A stretch of DNA of 64,000 nt, from contig JBKBRF010000004.1 of assembly GCA_046292385.1 (NCBI GenBank), positions 128,001-192,000 of the forward strand, written 5' to 3'. The position numbers were made by a program, and so were the translations under genes. Shown here piece by piece: positions 52,662-62,214 of this stretch (its first letter is position 1; each line of letters begins with the position of its first letter). Below the pieces are notes generated by a model. The model ran no database searches. It had not been told where the DNA came from and saw only the letters and a list, made by a program, of their open reading frames with translations. The DNA comes from Armatimonadota bacterium (GTDB lineage Bacteria > Armatimonadota > SYMT01).

Positions 52662-53878
52662 TCCGCGCCTCCGGTGGCGAGTGCCGCAGCCGGAGCGGCC
52701 TCCGGGTGCCAGGCGCGGGACTTGACCGTCACGAGAGCCAGGCAGAAGAGCGCGTAGCCGGCGGCGAGCAAAAAGCCGAGCGTGAAGCTGCCGCTGGCGC
52801 CCTTCACCGCGCCCAGGAGCGACGGCAGGAAGAAGCCGCCGGCGCCTCCCGCCGCGCCGACCAGCCCCGTCAGCACCCCGACCTCCCGGGGAAAGCGCTG
52901 CGGCACGAGCTGGAAGACCGCGCCGTTGCCCATCCCGAGCAGCGCCATCAGCAGGAAGAAGAGCACCGTTACCAGCGCGACCGGCGGCAGGGTGGCGATC
53001 CCGAGCGCCAGCAGCACCACGCCACCCAGCAGGAGCTGCAGCATCCGCGAGCCGCCCAGGCGGTCCGACAGGTAGCCGCCCACCGGCCGCAGGAAGCTCC
53101 CCGAGAGCACGCAGAGGGTGGTCAGGTCGCCGCTGGTGATGCGGGAGACGGCGTACTGGTCGCGGAAGAAGGTGGAGAGGAAACTCGCCAGCCCGACGAA
53201 GCCGCCGAACGTAAGGCTGTAGAGCAGGCAGAACCAGACTGCGTCCGCCTGCTTCAACACGCCGAGGTAGTCGGCCGCGCTCTTGGGGACCGCGGTTCCG
53301 GGCCGGTCCTTCGCCAGCAGCACGAACAGAACCAGCACCGCGAGCAGCGGGAGCGTTACGAGCGCGAAGACCGGCTTCCACCCGCCCAGCCACTCCGCCA
53401 GCCGCGGCGCGAAGAGCGTCGCCAGCAGCGTGCCGCTGTTCCCCGCGCCGGCGATCCCCATCGCCAGCCCCTGGTGCTCCGGCGGATACCAGCGGCTCGC
53501 CAGCGGCAGCGCCACCGCGAAGCTGGCGCCTGCCACGCCGAGCAGCAGCCCCACCAGGTACAGCTGCGGCAGCGACTCGGCCCAGAGCCAGCCGAGCAGG
53601 AGCGGGAGCAGCGTGAGCAGCATTCCGGCGATGCCGACCCGCCGCCCGCCGAGCCGGTCGGCCAGCGGCCCCAGGAACAGGCGGAAGAGCGAGCCGCCCA
53701 GGAGCGGGATCGCCGTGAGCAGACCCTTCTCCGCCGGGCTCAGCTTTAGGTCGTCCGCGATGAAGACGGCGAGCGGCCCCAGCAGGACCCAGATCATGAA
53801 GCTGACGTCGAAGTAGAGAAAGGCGCTGAGCAGCGTGGGGGGATGTCCGCTGCGCGCGAATTCGCGAAGGTGACCCAT
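52658..53878 (-). CDS. narK: NarK/NasA-family MFS nitrate/nitrite transporter
   Basis: FLYFDVSF, GVAGASF, GAGNSG, TFGGFVG, RPVGG, GMGNGAVF. Confidence 0.92.
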   Translation of the reverse strand: MGHLREFARSGHPPTLLSAFLYFDVSFMIWVLLGPLAVFIADDLKLSPAEKGLLTAIPLLGGSLFRLFLGPLADRLGGRRVGIAGMLLTLLPLLLGWLWAESLPQLYLVGLLLGVAGASFAVALPLASRWYPPEHQGLAMGIAGAGNSGTLLATLFAPRLAEWLGGWKPVFALVTLPLLAVLVLFVLLAKDRPGTAVPKSAADYLGVLKQADAVWFCLLYSLTFGGFVGLASFLSTFFRDQYAVSRITSGDLTTLCVLSGSFLRPVGGYLSDRLGGSRMLQLLLGGVVLLALGIATLPPVALVTVLFFLLMALLGMGNGAVFQLVPQRFPREVGVLTGLVGAAGGAGGFFLPSLLGAVKGASGSFTLGFLLAAGYALFCLALVTVKSRAWHPEAAPAAALATGGAE

Positions 53879-54048
53879 CGGGCTTCTCCCGCCGGAACCG
53901 GGGTAGAGCGGTCCGTCAGAAAGCAAAGGAGGGGCCGTCCAGGGCGTGCTCGTCCACGCGCCGGTCCGGCCCCTCCCGACATTGGAAGGAACGCCTGTCA
54001 CCTCCCGCGCGGCAGCGTCGCCGGATCGCAGGAGCTCGTTACGATTGA

Positions 54049-54102
54049 AGATTACCCGGGGTCTGTTTCGCGGCTGTTAAGCGAGAGTGAAGTCTCGGTT
54101 AC
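54049..54102 (-). promoter_or_regulatory. Nitrate-operon promoter with GlnR-like direct repeats
   Basis: Minus strand GTAAC-n6-TTCAC-n6-TTAAC-n6-GAAAC (54102-54065), then 10 bp, then -10-like TAATCT (54054-54049). Confidence 0.7.
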
Positions 54103-54346
54103 CTCCCATCTCACACGAAGTGCGGGGTGACAGAACAACGCAGCACCTCCGCAGCCGCTCTCCGTTGGAGCATGTACCGGGGTGACATGGTAACGAGAGC
54201 GGGTAGACCTGAAGGCCGTTACCTCGTTACCCAGACGTGCCCCGCTGGATGGCGGCTGGCGAGATCCTTCAGCGCCCTCGGAGTGAGTGCTGCTGGTGAG
54301 TGACCGCTCAAGCGGGGTGCCGAGGGTCGTCGGCGGGAGGGGGAGC

Positions 54347-56086
54347 TTAACCCAGCTTCACGATGCCGGCCCGCGCGAGCGACGAGAGCGTGAGCCACGC
54401 GCCGAGGAAGAAGAGCACCGCGCCGCTGACCGCCGGGAGCACGCGGATCCAGCGGCTCTCGCCGGTGAAGCGCGCCATGAAGTCCTTGGCGGTCACCATC
54501 AGCACCCCGAGCGCCACCAGCACCGCCGCCATGCCGACGCTGAACGCGGCAATGATGGCGAGGCCGATCCCGATGCTGCCGAGGTTCACCGCCGCCAGGA
54601 GAATGGCGAGGGCGTCGGTGCAGGGGACGATGCCGCTGGCCACCCCGAGACCGACCACTCCCCAGCGCCCGAACGCGCCCGCCGGCTTGGGCGGGGCGCC
54701 GCGGTAGTCCTCCAGGGGCGCGTCGCGCGGGGGCTGCCGCTCGGCGGAGACGGTCTCTCCCCCCGCCGGCGTCTCCGCCTGCGCGTGGGTGTGACCGGGG
54801 CCGTGTGCGTCTCCGTGCTCGTGAGCATGCCCGTGCGAATGCTCGTGGGCGTGCCCGTGCTCGTGCGAATGGCCGTGCGTGTGCCCGAAGGGGCCGCCGT
54901 GGCTGTGACCGGGCATCGGCTTGAGGCCGTGATAGGCGAGGAGCCCGCGCTGGAAGAGCCAGAAGCCGATGCCGAGCACCAACGCCCCGGAGACGGCGCC
55001 GAGCCAGTGCGCCACCACCTCCGCCTGGATGCGGGTGGTGAGCCAGAGGCAGAGCGCGCCGAGGACGTAGACCATCAGCGTGTGCGTGATCGTGACGGTG
55101 ATGCCGAGCACCACGGCGTCGGTCACGGTCCCGCGGGAGCCGACGAGGTAGGCGGCGACCATCGACTTCCCATGTCCCGGCGTCAACGCGTGGGCGGCGC
55201 CGGCCATGAGCGCCGCGAGCAGGCCGAGCACGATCATCCACGGCGAGAGCGGCTTGCCGAGCAGCCCCTTCACGCCCGACATCTCGCCGCCGTGCTCGTC
55301 CGGCTCCCGCGCCACCAGGATCTTCGTCTCGTCCGGGAAGATCGGGGCGTTGCCGAGGTCGATCCCTTCCAGCGAGCGCGGCCCGGCCGGGGCGTTTCCG
55401 GGTGCGTTGGCGGTGAGCGCCAGGTTGGGGAGGCGGTCGCCCGGCGGCAGCGGCACCGCCATCGAGGGGTTCTGCTCCAGCTTCGTCCCCTCGATCGCGA
55501 AGGTGACTTCCGTGGTGCGGCCGTCCTCCGACATCCGCGGCTCGCTCGCCGCGACACCGGTCGGGTAGACCTGGGCCATCGGGAAGGAGGCGGTGAACTG
55601 CGGGAAGGTGAGGTCCTGCAGCGTCACCTTCGTGCCGGCCCGGGTGAGCTTCGGGAGCGGCGCGCGGAGCCGCAGCTTGATCGGCGCGAAGTCGCCGCCG
55701 AAGAACTGCTGCTTGCTCGGGTACTCGTACGCCTCCAGCTCCGGCCGCGCGAGCTTCTCGCCCACCTTCAGCACCAGCCCGGAGGCGAGGCCGCGGGCGT
55801 GCGCTTCCTGCTCCGCTTCGGAGAGGTCGCCGCTGCCGTCCGCGTCGATCTCGGACCAGACCGCCTGCGCCAGCAGACCGCCGACCTGCGTGGCATGCTG
55901 CAGCGAGACGGCGCCGGGCTCCGCCTCCAGCCAGACGTAGTGGTAGACGATCGCCTCGTCGCCGGGATGCGCCGCTGCCGGGAGCGCCAGGCCAGCCACC
56001 CCGGCTGCCGCCAGCGCCGCGCCGAGCAATGCCACACGCCCCCGCGTTACCACTTCCGTCCACCGCATCCGGCTGCACTCCCTCAC
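54347..56086 (-). CDS. RcnA/NiCoT-type Ni/Co transporter with exported N-terminal domain
   Basis: HALTPGHGKS, THT, His-rich loop, GIVPC; signal peptide then 'AHP'; start may be 56068. Confidence 0.85.
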   Translation of the reverse strand: MRECSRMRWTEVVTRGRVALLGAALAAAGVAGLALPAAAHPGDEAIVYHYVWLEAEPGAVSLQHATQVGGLLAQAVWSEIDADGSGDLSEAEQEAHARGLASGLVLKVGEKLARPELEAYEYPSKQQFFGGDFAPIKLRLRAPLPKLTRAGTKVTLQDLTFPQFTASFPMAQVYPTGVAASEPRMSEDGRTTEVTFAIEGTKLEQNPSMAVPLPPGDRLPNLALTANAPGNAPAGPRSLEGIDLGNAPIFPDETKILVAREPDEHGGEMSGVKGLLGKPLSPWMIVLGLLAALMAGAAHALTPGHGKSMVAAYLVGSRGTVTDAVVLGITVTITHTLMVYVLGALCLWLTTRIQAEVVAHWLGAVSGALVLGIGFWLFQRGLLAYHGLKPMPGHSHGGPFGHTHGHSHEHGHAHEHSHGHAHEHGDAHGPGHTHAQAETPAGGETVSAERQPPRDAPLEDYRGAPPKPAGAFGRWGVVGLGVASGIVPCTDALAILLAAVNLGSIGIGLAIIAAFSVGMAAVLVALGVLMVTAKDFMARFTGESRWIRVLPAVSGAVLFFLGAWLTLSSLARAGIVKLG

Positions 56087-56151
56087 GCTGCGTCCCTGTC
56101 CCGCTACTTATACGTGACGCAGCGGCGTCCCGGCGTCAGAGCTGCAGACTC

Positions 56152-57279
56152 TCATAGATGCTTTCCCAGCCACTCCCAGGCGGTGGGGTCGTGAAACTCG
56201 TGCCCGCCGGGGAAGACGACGAAGCGGAAGTCGTCTCCCCGCCCCAGCTTGCGGTAGTGCTCCGCCACCTGCGGCGCCAGTGTCTTGCCCATCTCCCGGT
56301 GCGTGGCGTTGTCCGTCGCGCCCGCCTGGATCTCCAGCGGGCGCGGGCAGATGAGCGCGCCGAGCTCCGAATCGCGCAGGAGGGTGAAGCGGTCCGGGAA
56401 GCGGAAGTCGCTCGGCACCGAGAGCTCGTCCCGCTCGTACCGGTACTCCTGCACGCCGAAGTAGCAGCTCGAGACCCCGGTCTTGATCCGCGGCTCCAGC
56501 GCCATCGTGACCAGCGTGTAGTAGCCGCCGTACGAGAGGCCGACCATCCCCACGCGCTTCGGGTCGACCTCCGGCCGCTTCAGCAGCACGTCGAGCCCGC
56601 GCGTGATCTTCGCGATCTCCACCGCGGTGAGGCTGGTGCCGACCAGCCGCAGCCGCTCGTCCATCCGGTTGCGGACGTCGGCGGGGTACCCCTCCGCGCG
56701 GAAGAGATGGGTCGGCGCCCAGACCACGTAGCCGCGCTTCACCCCGCCGCGGACCATGTCGTGGTAGTTCGCCCCGCCGTGGAAGAGCGCCACCTCCGGC
56801 GAGCCGCCGCCCCCGTGCATGGAGATCACCAGCGGCGCCCTGCCCTTCAGCCCCTTCGGCACGATGTAGATGCCGGCGGCGTGCACCCCCGGCAGCACCG
56901 GGATCGAGGTCCGGTAGTAGGTCCCGAGAGAGTCCTCACCCAGCCGCGTGAAGGTGGCGGGCTCCGCCTCCGGCTCGCCAGGCGGCGGGTAGCCGATGCT
57001 CTTCGCGAACGCCTCCCGCAGACCCCGGGTCGAGCGCTGGTAGGCGCGGACGGAGGAGTAGTCCGGCTTGAAGACCGCGGCCAGCCGGGAGCGGTCGTTC
57101 TTCAGCCCCGCGATGTAGGCGTCGAGCTCGCGCGCCTGCTCCGTGCGGATCGGGTTCGAGGCGGAGACTTCTTCTTCGTAGTAGGGCGACTTCGGGCGTT
57201 CCTGCGCGGCGCCGGGCTGCAGCGCGGCGGCCGTGCACGCGAGGGCGGCGAGGGTGAGGAGGAGGGTGGGGGTGCGCAT
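56152..57279 (-). CDS. Secreted alpha/beta hydrolase (dienelactone hydrolase/esterase-like)
   Basis: HGGGG, VDPKRVGMVGLSYGG, PRPL, GGHEF. Confidence 0.85.
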   Translation of the reverse strand: MRTPTLLLTLAALACTAAALQPGAAQERPKSPYYEEEVSASNPIRTEQARELDAYIAGLKNDRSRLAAVFKPDYSSVRAYQRSTRGLREAFAKSIGYPPPGEPEAEPATFTRLGEDSLGTYYRTSIPVLPGVHAAGIYIVPKGLKGRAPLVISMHGGGGSPEVALFHGGANYHDMVRGGVKRGYVVWAPTHLFRAEGYPADVRNRMDERLRLVGTSLTAVEIAKITRGLDVLLKRPEVDPKRVGMVGLSYGGYYTLVTMALEPRIKTGVSSCYFGVQEYRYERDELSVPSDFRFPDRFTLLRDSELGALICPRPLEIQAGATDNATHREMGKTLAPQVAEHYRKLGRGDDFRFVVFPGGHEFHDPTAWEWLGKHL

Positions 57280-57385
57280 GACGGGGGGTAGTTCTCTCGT
57301 TCCCTGGTGGTTCCCCTCCGGTGCGTTGGTCTTCTTGTTGGTGGGCAGAGGGTCGACTCCGGTGTGGGGTGTTGCTTGTCGATGA

Positions 57386-57666
57386 GCAGCGATGATTCCG
57401 TGGGTCCGACCCGGCGCCCTAGTTCCGGGATTCAGCCCTCCCGCGACGAAGGCCCTCCGCTGGCCCTTTCACACTGCGCTTCGCTCCGTTAGCGGGCCGC
57501 TCCGGGAATTGGTAACGGGGGCGCTCTTCCCGCGCCACTTTCGTGATCTCCCCACCGGCTCTGTTCACGGGCTGAATCCCGGCCCGTCGAGCGACGGCCC
57601 CTGACGCCCAGGGGCCGTCACAGGTGGCGCCCTTCGGAGCTGCCTGCGGCTGCTCCTCCGGACGCC
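57386..57666 (-). repeat. Structured ~280-nt non-coding element, copy C (inverted)
   Basis: Reverse complement aligns with copies A and B along the whole length. Confidence 0.9.
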
Positions 57667-57879
57667 TGGAGTTCTAGGCTGGGTTTGCGGCGAGAGGGAC
57701 GACTTGCGTACTCCGTCGCCGACATCTACGGGGAGGTCCCCGAAGGGGGCCCCCCATACGGGGGATGAAACTTGGTGCGGTTGTTGCCGCGGTTTCAACC
57801 GCCCGGAAAGCGGGCAGGCTTCCGGCCGTCGTGTCGTCGAACCCCTTTGCGTTGGTTGTCTGCACGAGGGGAGGGCGGC

Positions 57880-58860
57880 GTGGCGGATCGGACGATTGTC
57901 TATGTCGGCACGGTGGGGCAGAGCCTCTGGCGGAGCCTGGACGGGGGGCTTACCTTCGCCCGGGCGAGCGTCGGGGCGCCTTCGAAGTGCGACGTGCGCG
58001 CGCTTCTGGTCCACCGGGACGACTCGCGCTGCCTCCACCTCGGCACGGAAACCGGGCTTTTCGTCTCGCGGGACGGAGCTGACTCGTGGGAGCGGGTGCC
58101 GTCTCCGATGGACGGGATGCGGATCTGGAGCCTGGCGCAGCACCCGCACGATCGGTCGGTCCTACTCGCGGGGACCAGCCCCGCCGGGCTCTACCTGAGC
58201 CGGGACGGCGGCGAGACGTGGCAGGCGCTCGACGCGGGGATGCCGGACCGGTGCGTGAACGGCGCGCCGCTGACGCCGCGGGTCACCTGCATCCTGATCG
58301 ATCCGGAGGACGGCACGTTCTACGCCGGCGTGGAGATCGGCGGACTCCGTCGGAGCCGGGACGGCGGCGAGACCTGGGAGGCGCTGGGGGAGGGGCTCTC
58401 CAGCCAGGATGTCCACGGGCTGGCGGCGGTCGGCACCGGGAAGCGAGTCCTGCTGGCGACTACCAACAACGACGTCAACCGCAGCGACGACCTCGGCGAG
58501 ACCTGGACGCCGCTCCGGGTGGGAGAGCAGCTCCCCTGGCCCTACACCCGCGCCTGCGCCGTGCCGCCGGGAGAGACGGAGACGGTGTGGGTCGGCGCCG
58601 GCAACGGCCCTCCCGGCAGCCAGGGCGGCCTCTACCGCACGCCCGACTTCGGCGCCACGTGGGAGCGGCTCCCGCTGCCGGGCGTCGCCAACAGCACCCT
58701 CTGGAACCTCGGCTTCCGCCCCTCCGACCCGCGCCGCGTCTACGCCACCAGCATCCTCGGTCAGTTCTACCGCACCCTCGACGGCGGCGAGAGCTGGACG
58801 AAGCTCCCCTGGGAGTTCGGAGAGGTGCGGGCAGTCGCGTGGGTGCCGGGCTCGGAGTAA
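57880..58860 (+). CDS. BNR/Asp-box repeat beta-propeller protein
   Basis: Repeated S.DGG.TW boxes; GTG start after GGAGG. Confidence 0.85.
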   Translation: MADRTIVYVGTVGQSLWRSLDGGLTFARASVGAPSKCDVRALLVHRDDSRCLHLGTETGLFVSRDGADSWERVPSPMDGMRIWSLAQHPHDRSVLLAGTSPAGLYLSRDGGETWQALDAGMPDRCVNGAPLTPRVTCILIDPEDGTFYAGVEIGGLRRSRDGGETWEALGEGLSSQDVHGLAAVGTGKRVLLATTNNDVNRSDDLGETWTPLRVGEQLPWPYTRACAVPPGETETVWVGAGNGPPGSQGGLYRTPDFGATWERLPLPGVANSTLWNLGFRPSDPRRVYATSILGQFYRTLDGGESWTKLPWEFGEVRAVAWVPGSE

Positions 58861-58932
58861 CCGCGTCGCCTTGCGTCGATCCTGGCTACTCGCCGACGAC
58901 GGACCACAGTCGCCTACTCCGGCGGCGACGCG

Positions 58933-59694
58933 TTACGACTTCCTCGCTATCACAAAGACGCGATCCTCGCTCTCCGGTGTACTGATCGGCGTGGCGAGCT
59001 CTGGCTCGCGAGCGAAGTAGATCGAATACCACCCGCTTTCCTGCAGCAGCACCTCCACGCTTTGCAGATCGAAAGCGGTGTTGAAGAACGTCTCGCTGAA
59101 CCGGTCATAGCGGTGGTCCGAGCCTCGGACAAACCCGCTGATCCGGGCGTAGGCTTTCGACTGCTCCGGGATGTACATCGACCGGCTCACGAGCATCAGC
59201 TCGGCTTCGTCAGTTACGGTGACGCCGGTCCACTTCTCCAGGCGGGCGCGGGTATTCAGATCGAAGATGAAATAGCCGCTCGGCACGAGAGCCTCGGCGA
59301 CGCGCCGCAGGCACGCGCGCAGCTCGTTCTCACCGTCCAGGTGGTTCAGGGAGTCGTACAACGCCACCGCCGCGCCGAACTGTTCGTCCAGGGTGAAATC
59401 GCGGGCGTCCGCGCAAACGAAACGGGCCTGGCTTGCCTCAACGAAGGGGGCCGTGTTCCGCGCCGCATGGCGCAGCATCGCTTCCGATGCGTCGACGCCG
59501 ACCAACCGGTAGCCGCGCTTCAGGGCTTCAATGGAGAACTGGCCGGTCCCACAGCAGAGATCCAGGATCGAGCGGTTCTTCGCGTCAACCGATCTGGCCG
59601 CGAGGAAGTCCAGGACGGCGGGCGCCACGCGCCTGGCGAATCCCGCCCACCGGTTGTCGTAGACTCGCGCGAACACCTCGCCGTACTCTTGCAT
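58933..59694 (-). CDS. Class I SAM-dependent methyltransferase
   Basis: FARVYD, ILDLCCGTG, GVDAS..ML, ADARDF, DSLNHL, G.FIFD. Confidence 0.9.
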   Translation of the reverse strand: MQEYGEVFARVYDNRWAGFARRVAPAVLDFLAARSVDAKNRSILDLCCGTGQFSIEALKRGYRLVGVDASEAMLRHAARNTAPFVEASQARFVCADARDFTLDEQFGAAVALYDSLNHLDGENELRACLRRVAEALVPSGYFIFDLNTRARLEKWTGVTVTDEAELMLVSRSMYIPEQSKAYARISGFVRGSDHRYDRFSETFFNTAFDLQSVEVLLQESGWYSIYFAREPELATPISTPESEDRVFVIARKS

Positions 59695-59821
59695 AGGGTG
59701 GTCCTTCCGCTAGGCGGGAGAGGAGCTTTCCGGCTTCCAGTTGTTCTGCCAGGCGCCCGAAGCTACTCTTGACCTTCCGTCAGACTGCTCCCTGCGGCTC
59801 CCTATGCCTCTGCGCCCCTGG

Positions 59822-61111
59822 TCAGCGCCGCCGGCCGGTGCGGCTCTCGTTCAGGATGCTGGCCACCCATCCGCGCCAGCTCTTCGGGAGCGGCTTGCGG
59901 AGCGCCTTTGCGGCTTCTCGCGCGGCGGCGGCGCGCTGGCCTTGGCGCTGGAACACCCACGCGAGCTGGGCCTGCGCGCGCCCACCGGGGTGGCGCAGCT
60001 CGATCGCGCGGTTCAGCGCCTCTTCGGCGCGGGGTAAGTCGCCGGTTCGCGCTAGCGCGAGGCCGAGCGTGTACCAGGGTTCGGGTGATTCAGGTGCGAG
60101 GCGCGCCGCCTCTTCGAGGTGAGGGAGGGCCGCTTCGAAGTCGTTTACCTGGGCGTAGGTTGCGCCGAGGCCTTGCTGCGCGTGGCGGTCGGAGGGATCA
60201 AGCTCGACTGCTGCCCGGTAACATTCAAGGCTCCTGGTGTGCTCGCCGGTCTTTGCGGTCGCGAGGCCGAGGTTCTGAAGGATCCACAGGCGGGTGGAGG
60301 TGTCGATCTTGTCCTCGAGGGCCGCCGCCAGATGAGCAATCGCCGTCCGGTAGTCACCCAGCTCGACGAGTGCGGCTCCAAGCTCTCTCCGGCAGTCCCG
60401 TTCGCTATAGCCGAGCTCTCGCGCGGTTTCGAGCGCGACCTTCGCCCGCGGGTAATCGCCGGCACGGTTAGCCACCGCTCCCAGGGTGTACCACGCCTCG
60501 CCGTCGTCAGGCTGTACCGAGACGGCACTCTCGGCGGCAGGGAGAACGCTGACGGGCAGCCCCCGGCGGAATTGAAGATGCGCGATTTCGGCGAGCACCC
60601 ACGACTTTTCCGGCGTGAGCACGACCGCCTGCTCCAGGTGACGCAAGCGCGCTTCATCGTCCTTCAGGGCTTCGTACGACGCTGCCGCCATGCGGTGGAC
60701 CCAGCTGCGCGTATCGTCATCCGTAGGTAGCGTCAGGGCACGCTCCGCAAACTCGGCTCCTGCCGCCGGATCGCCTGCTTGTCGCGCGAGATTGGCTCTC
60801 CGGCCGAGGCATAGGGCAGTTTCCGGCGCCAGCTCCTCGTAGCGCTCGCGGGCTCGTCGGACGGTTTCCTCGGCCCCGGTCCGGGCAGCGGCCATTCCGA
60901 GGAAGTACCAGACCTGCGCGTTCTCCGGGTCGGCCTCCGCGGCGCGGGAGAGGTGCTCGACCGCCTCGTCGAAACGACCCAGGTGCCCCAGCAGCCACCC
61001 GGCGCGCGCGTTGGCTGCAGGGTCCTCCGGGTGCGCCGCCAGGTGCTTCCGGACGGCCGCCAGCTCTTCTTCCAACGCTTCGGGGTTGGCGGCTCGCTCG
61101 GCAGAGGTCAT
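59822..61111 (-). CDS. Tetratricopeptide repeat protein
   Basis: Multiple TPR units (P....WY.LG...); start chosen at the ATG after GAGG; upstream starts possible. Confidence 0.85.
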   Translation of the reverse strand: MTSAERAANPEALEEELAAVRKHLAAHPEDPAANARAGWLLGHLGRFDEAVEHLSRAAEADPENAQVWYFLGMAAARTGAEETVRRARERYEELAPETALCLGRRANLARQAGDPAAGAEFAERALTLPTDDDTRSWVHRMAAASYEALKDDEARLRHLEQAVVLTPEKSWVLAEIAHLQFRRGLPVSVLPAAESAVSVQPDDGEAWYTLGAVANRAGDYPRAKVALETARELGYSERDCRRELGAALVELGDYRTAIAHLAAALEDKIDTSTRLWILQNLGLATAKTGEHTRSLECYRAAVELDPSDRHAQQGLGATYAQVNDFEAALPHLEEAARLAPESPEPWYTLGLALARTGDLPRAEEALNRAIELRHPGGRAQAQLAWVFQRQGQRAAAAREAAKALRKPLPKSWRGWVASILNESRTGRRR

Positions 61112-61210
61112 AGCTTCCTCAACGGAGAGCATGGCGTGTCGGATACGTACGAGTGCGGCGACCAACCCCAGATTAGGGAGGGAGTGATCAGACTTCGAGC
61201 GCAGCGCATC

Positions 61211-61693
61211 TCAGCCGAGGGGCTTCGTCATGAAAACGAACGCAAGCACGAGGCGCGCCCCGAGTGGGTGGAGGACCTCGTGCTCGATGCGGTACCCCGA
61301 CTGCTCGTAGAACGGCACCGCATTCAGCGAAGCATCCAGGTGCAGCCGCTCAAGTCCGGCGGTTCGAGCCCGCTCTTCCAGGGTCCGCAGCAATCGCGTG
61401 CCGATTCCACGCCGCGTCCACGCCGGCTGGACGTAGACGGCTTCTACCTCCCGCGTCTCCGGCTCGAGCTGCCCGAACCCGACCACGGTTCCATTCGCGT
61501 CTTCGGCCGCCACAATCCGTCCTTTTCGGATGGACGCGTGGTAGCTCTCGGGGGTGCGGCGCCCGACCCAGACTTCGATCTGCTCCGGGGAATAGTGCTC
61601 CCGAGCCCCGTGGCGAATCGCCGCGGCACGCAGCTGCCAGAGCCCGAGAGCATCGTCTTCTATCGCGGGGCGGATGCGCGCGGAGTCGTCCAT
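61211..61693 (-). CDS. GNAT acetyltransferase
   Basis: IRPA, VYVQP...RRGIGTRLL, ASLNAVPFYE..GY. Confidence 0.9.
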   Translation of the reverse strand: MDDSARIRPAIEDDALGLWQLRAAAIRHGAREHYSPEQIEVWVGRRTPESYHASIRKGRIVAAEDANGTVVGFGQLEPETREVEAVYVQPAWTRRGIGTRLLRTLEERARTAGLERLHLDASLNAVPFYEQSGYRIEHEVLHPLGARLVLAFVFMTKPLG

Positions 61694-61767
61694 TCGATTG
61701 AGTTCCGTCGCTCTACGGAATCAGCGTGGTACTCTCGCACCGGCTTAAGCGAAGGCACGGGCCCGGC

Positions 61768-62157
61768 TCATCCGGGGCGGCAGTTCCCTTCTTCGTCCCG
61801 GTACCGCCAGCTGAGCCAGTCCGCACGGAAGATCGGGGCGATGCAGATCTGGCGCCGAGAGCCGTCGGGCGCTTCCGTCCGCCAGAGGCCCGAATGGGTC
61901 ACGTCGTGGAACTCATCGAACTCGGACGCGTCGGCGCTCATATCATCCGCCTCCGAGCGGGCGGTCCAGTCGCGGCAGAAGGTGACGTAGGCTCGAACCC
62001 GTCGCTCCAGCTCGCTGCTCGGCTGGGTCGCGCGTTGCCGGTAGTCACCGTACCAGGTGTCGTCGCTCGCCTAGACGCCGGAGACTTCCGCCACCAGGAG
62101 GTCTCCGTACCGGATCGAGAGCGAGTCAAAGTGGGTTTGCGTCAGATCCGGTTGCAT
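61768..62157 (-). pseudogene. Hypothetical protein gene interrupted by an in-frame TAG
   Basis: AGGGAGG RBS, ATG 62157; MQPDLTQTHFDSLSIRYGDLLVAEVSGV-TAG(62071-62073)-ASDDTWYGDY... open for 100 more codons to TGA 61768. Confidence 0.65.
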
Positions 62158-62214
62158 GCTCGGCGCCTCCCTATCGTGCCGGATTCGGACCCGGACCGCC
62201 CGCGTCCACGCAGT

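Noticed and set aside
62071..62073. Pyrrolysine or genome-wide TAG recoding
   Set aside because: TAG is a normal stop for sucC, the RRM gene and others; no pyl genes or methylamine methyltransferase context here
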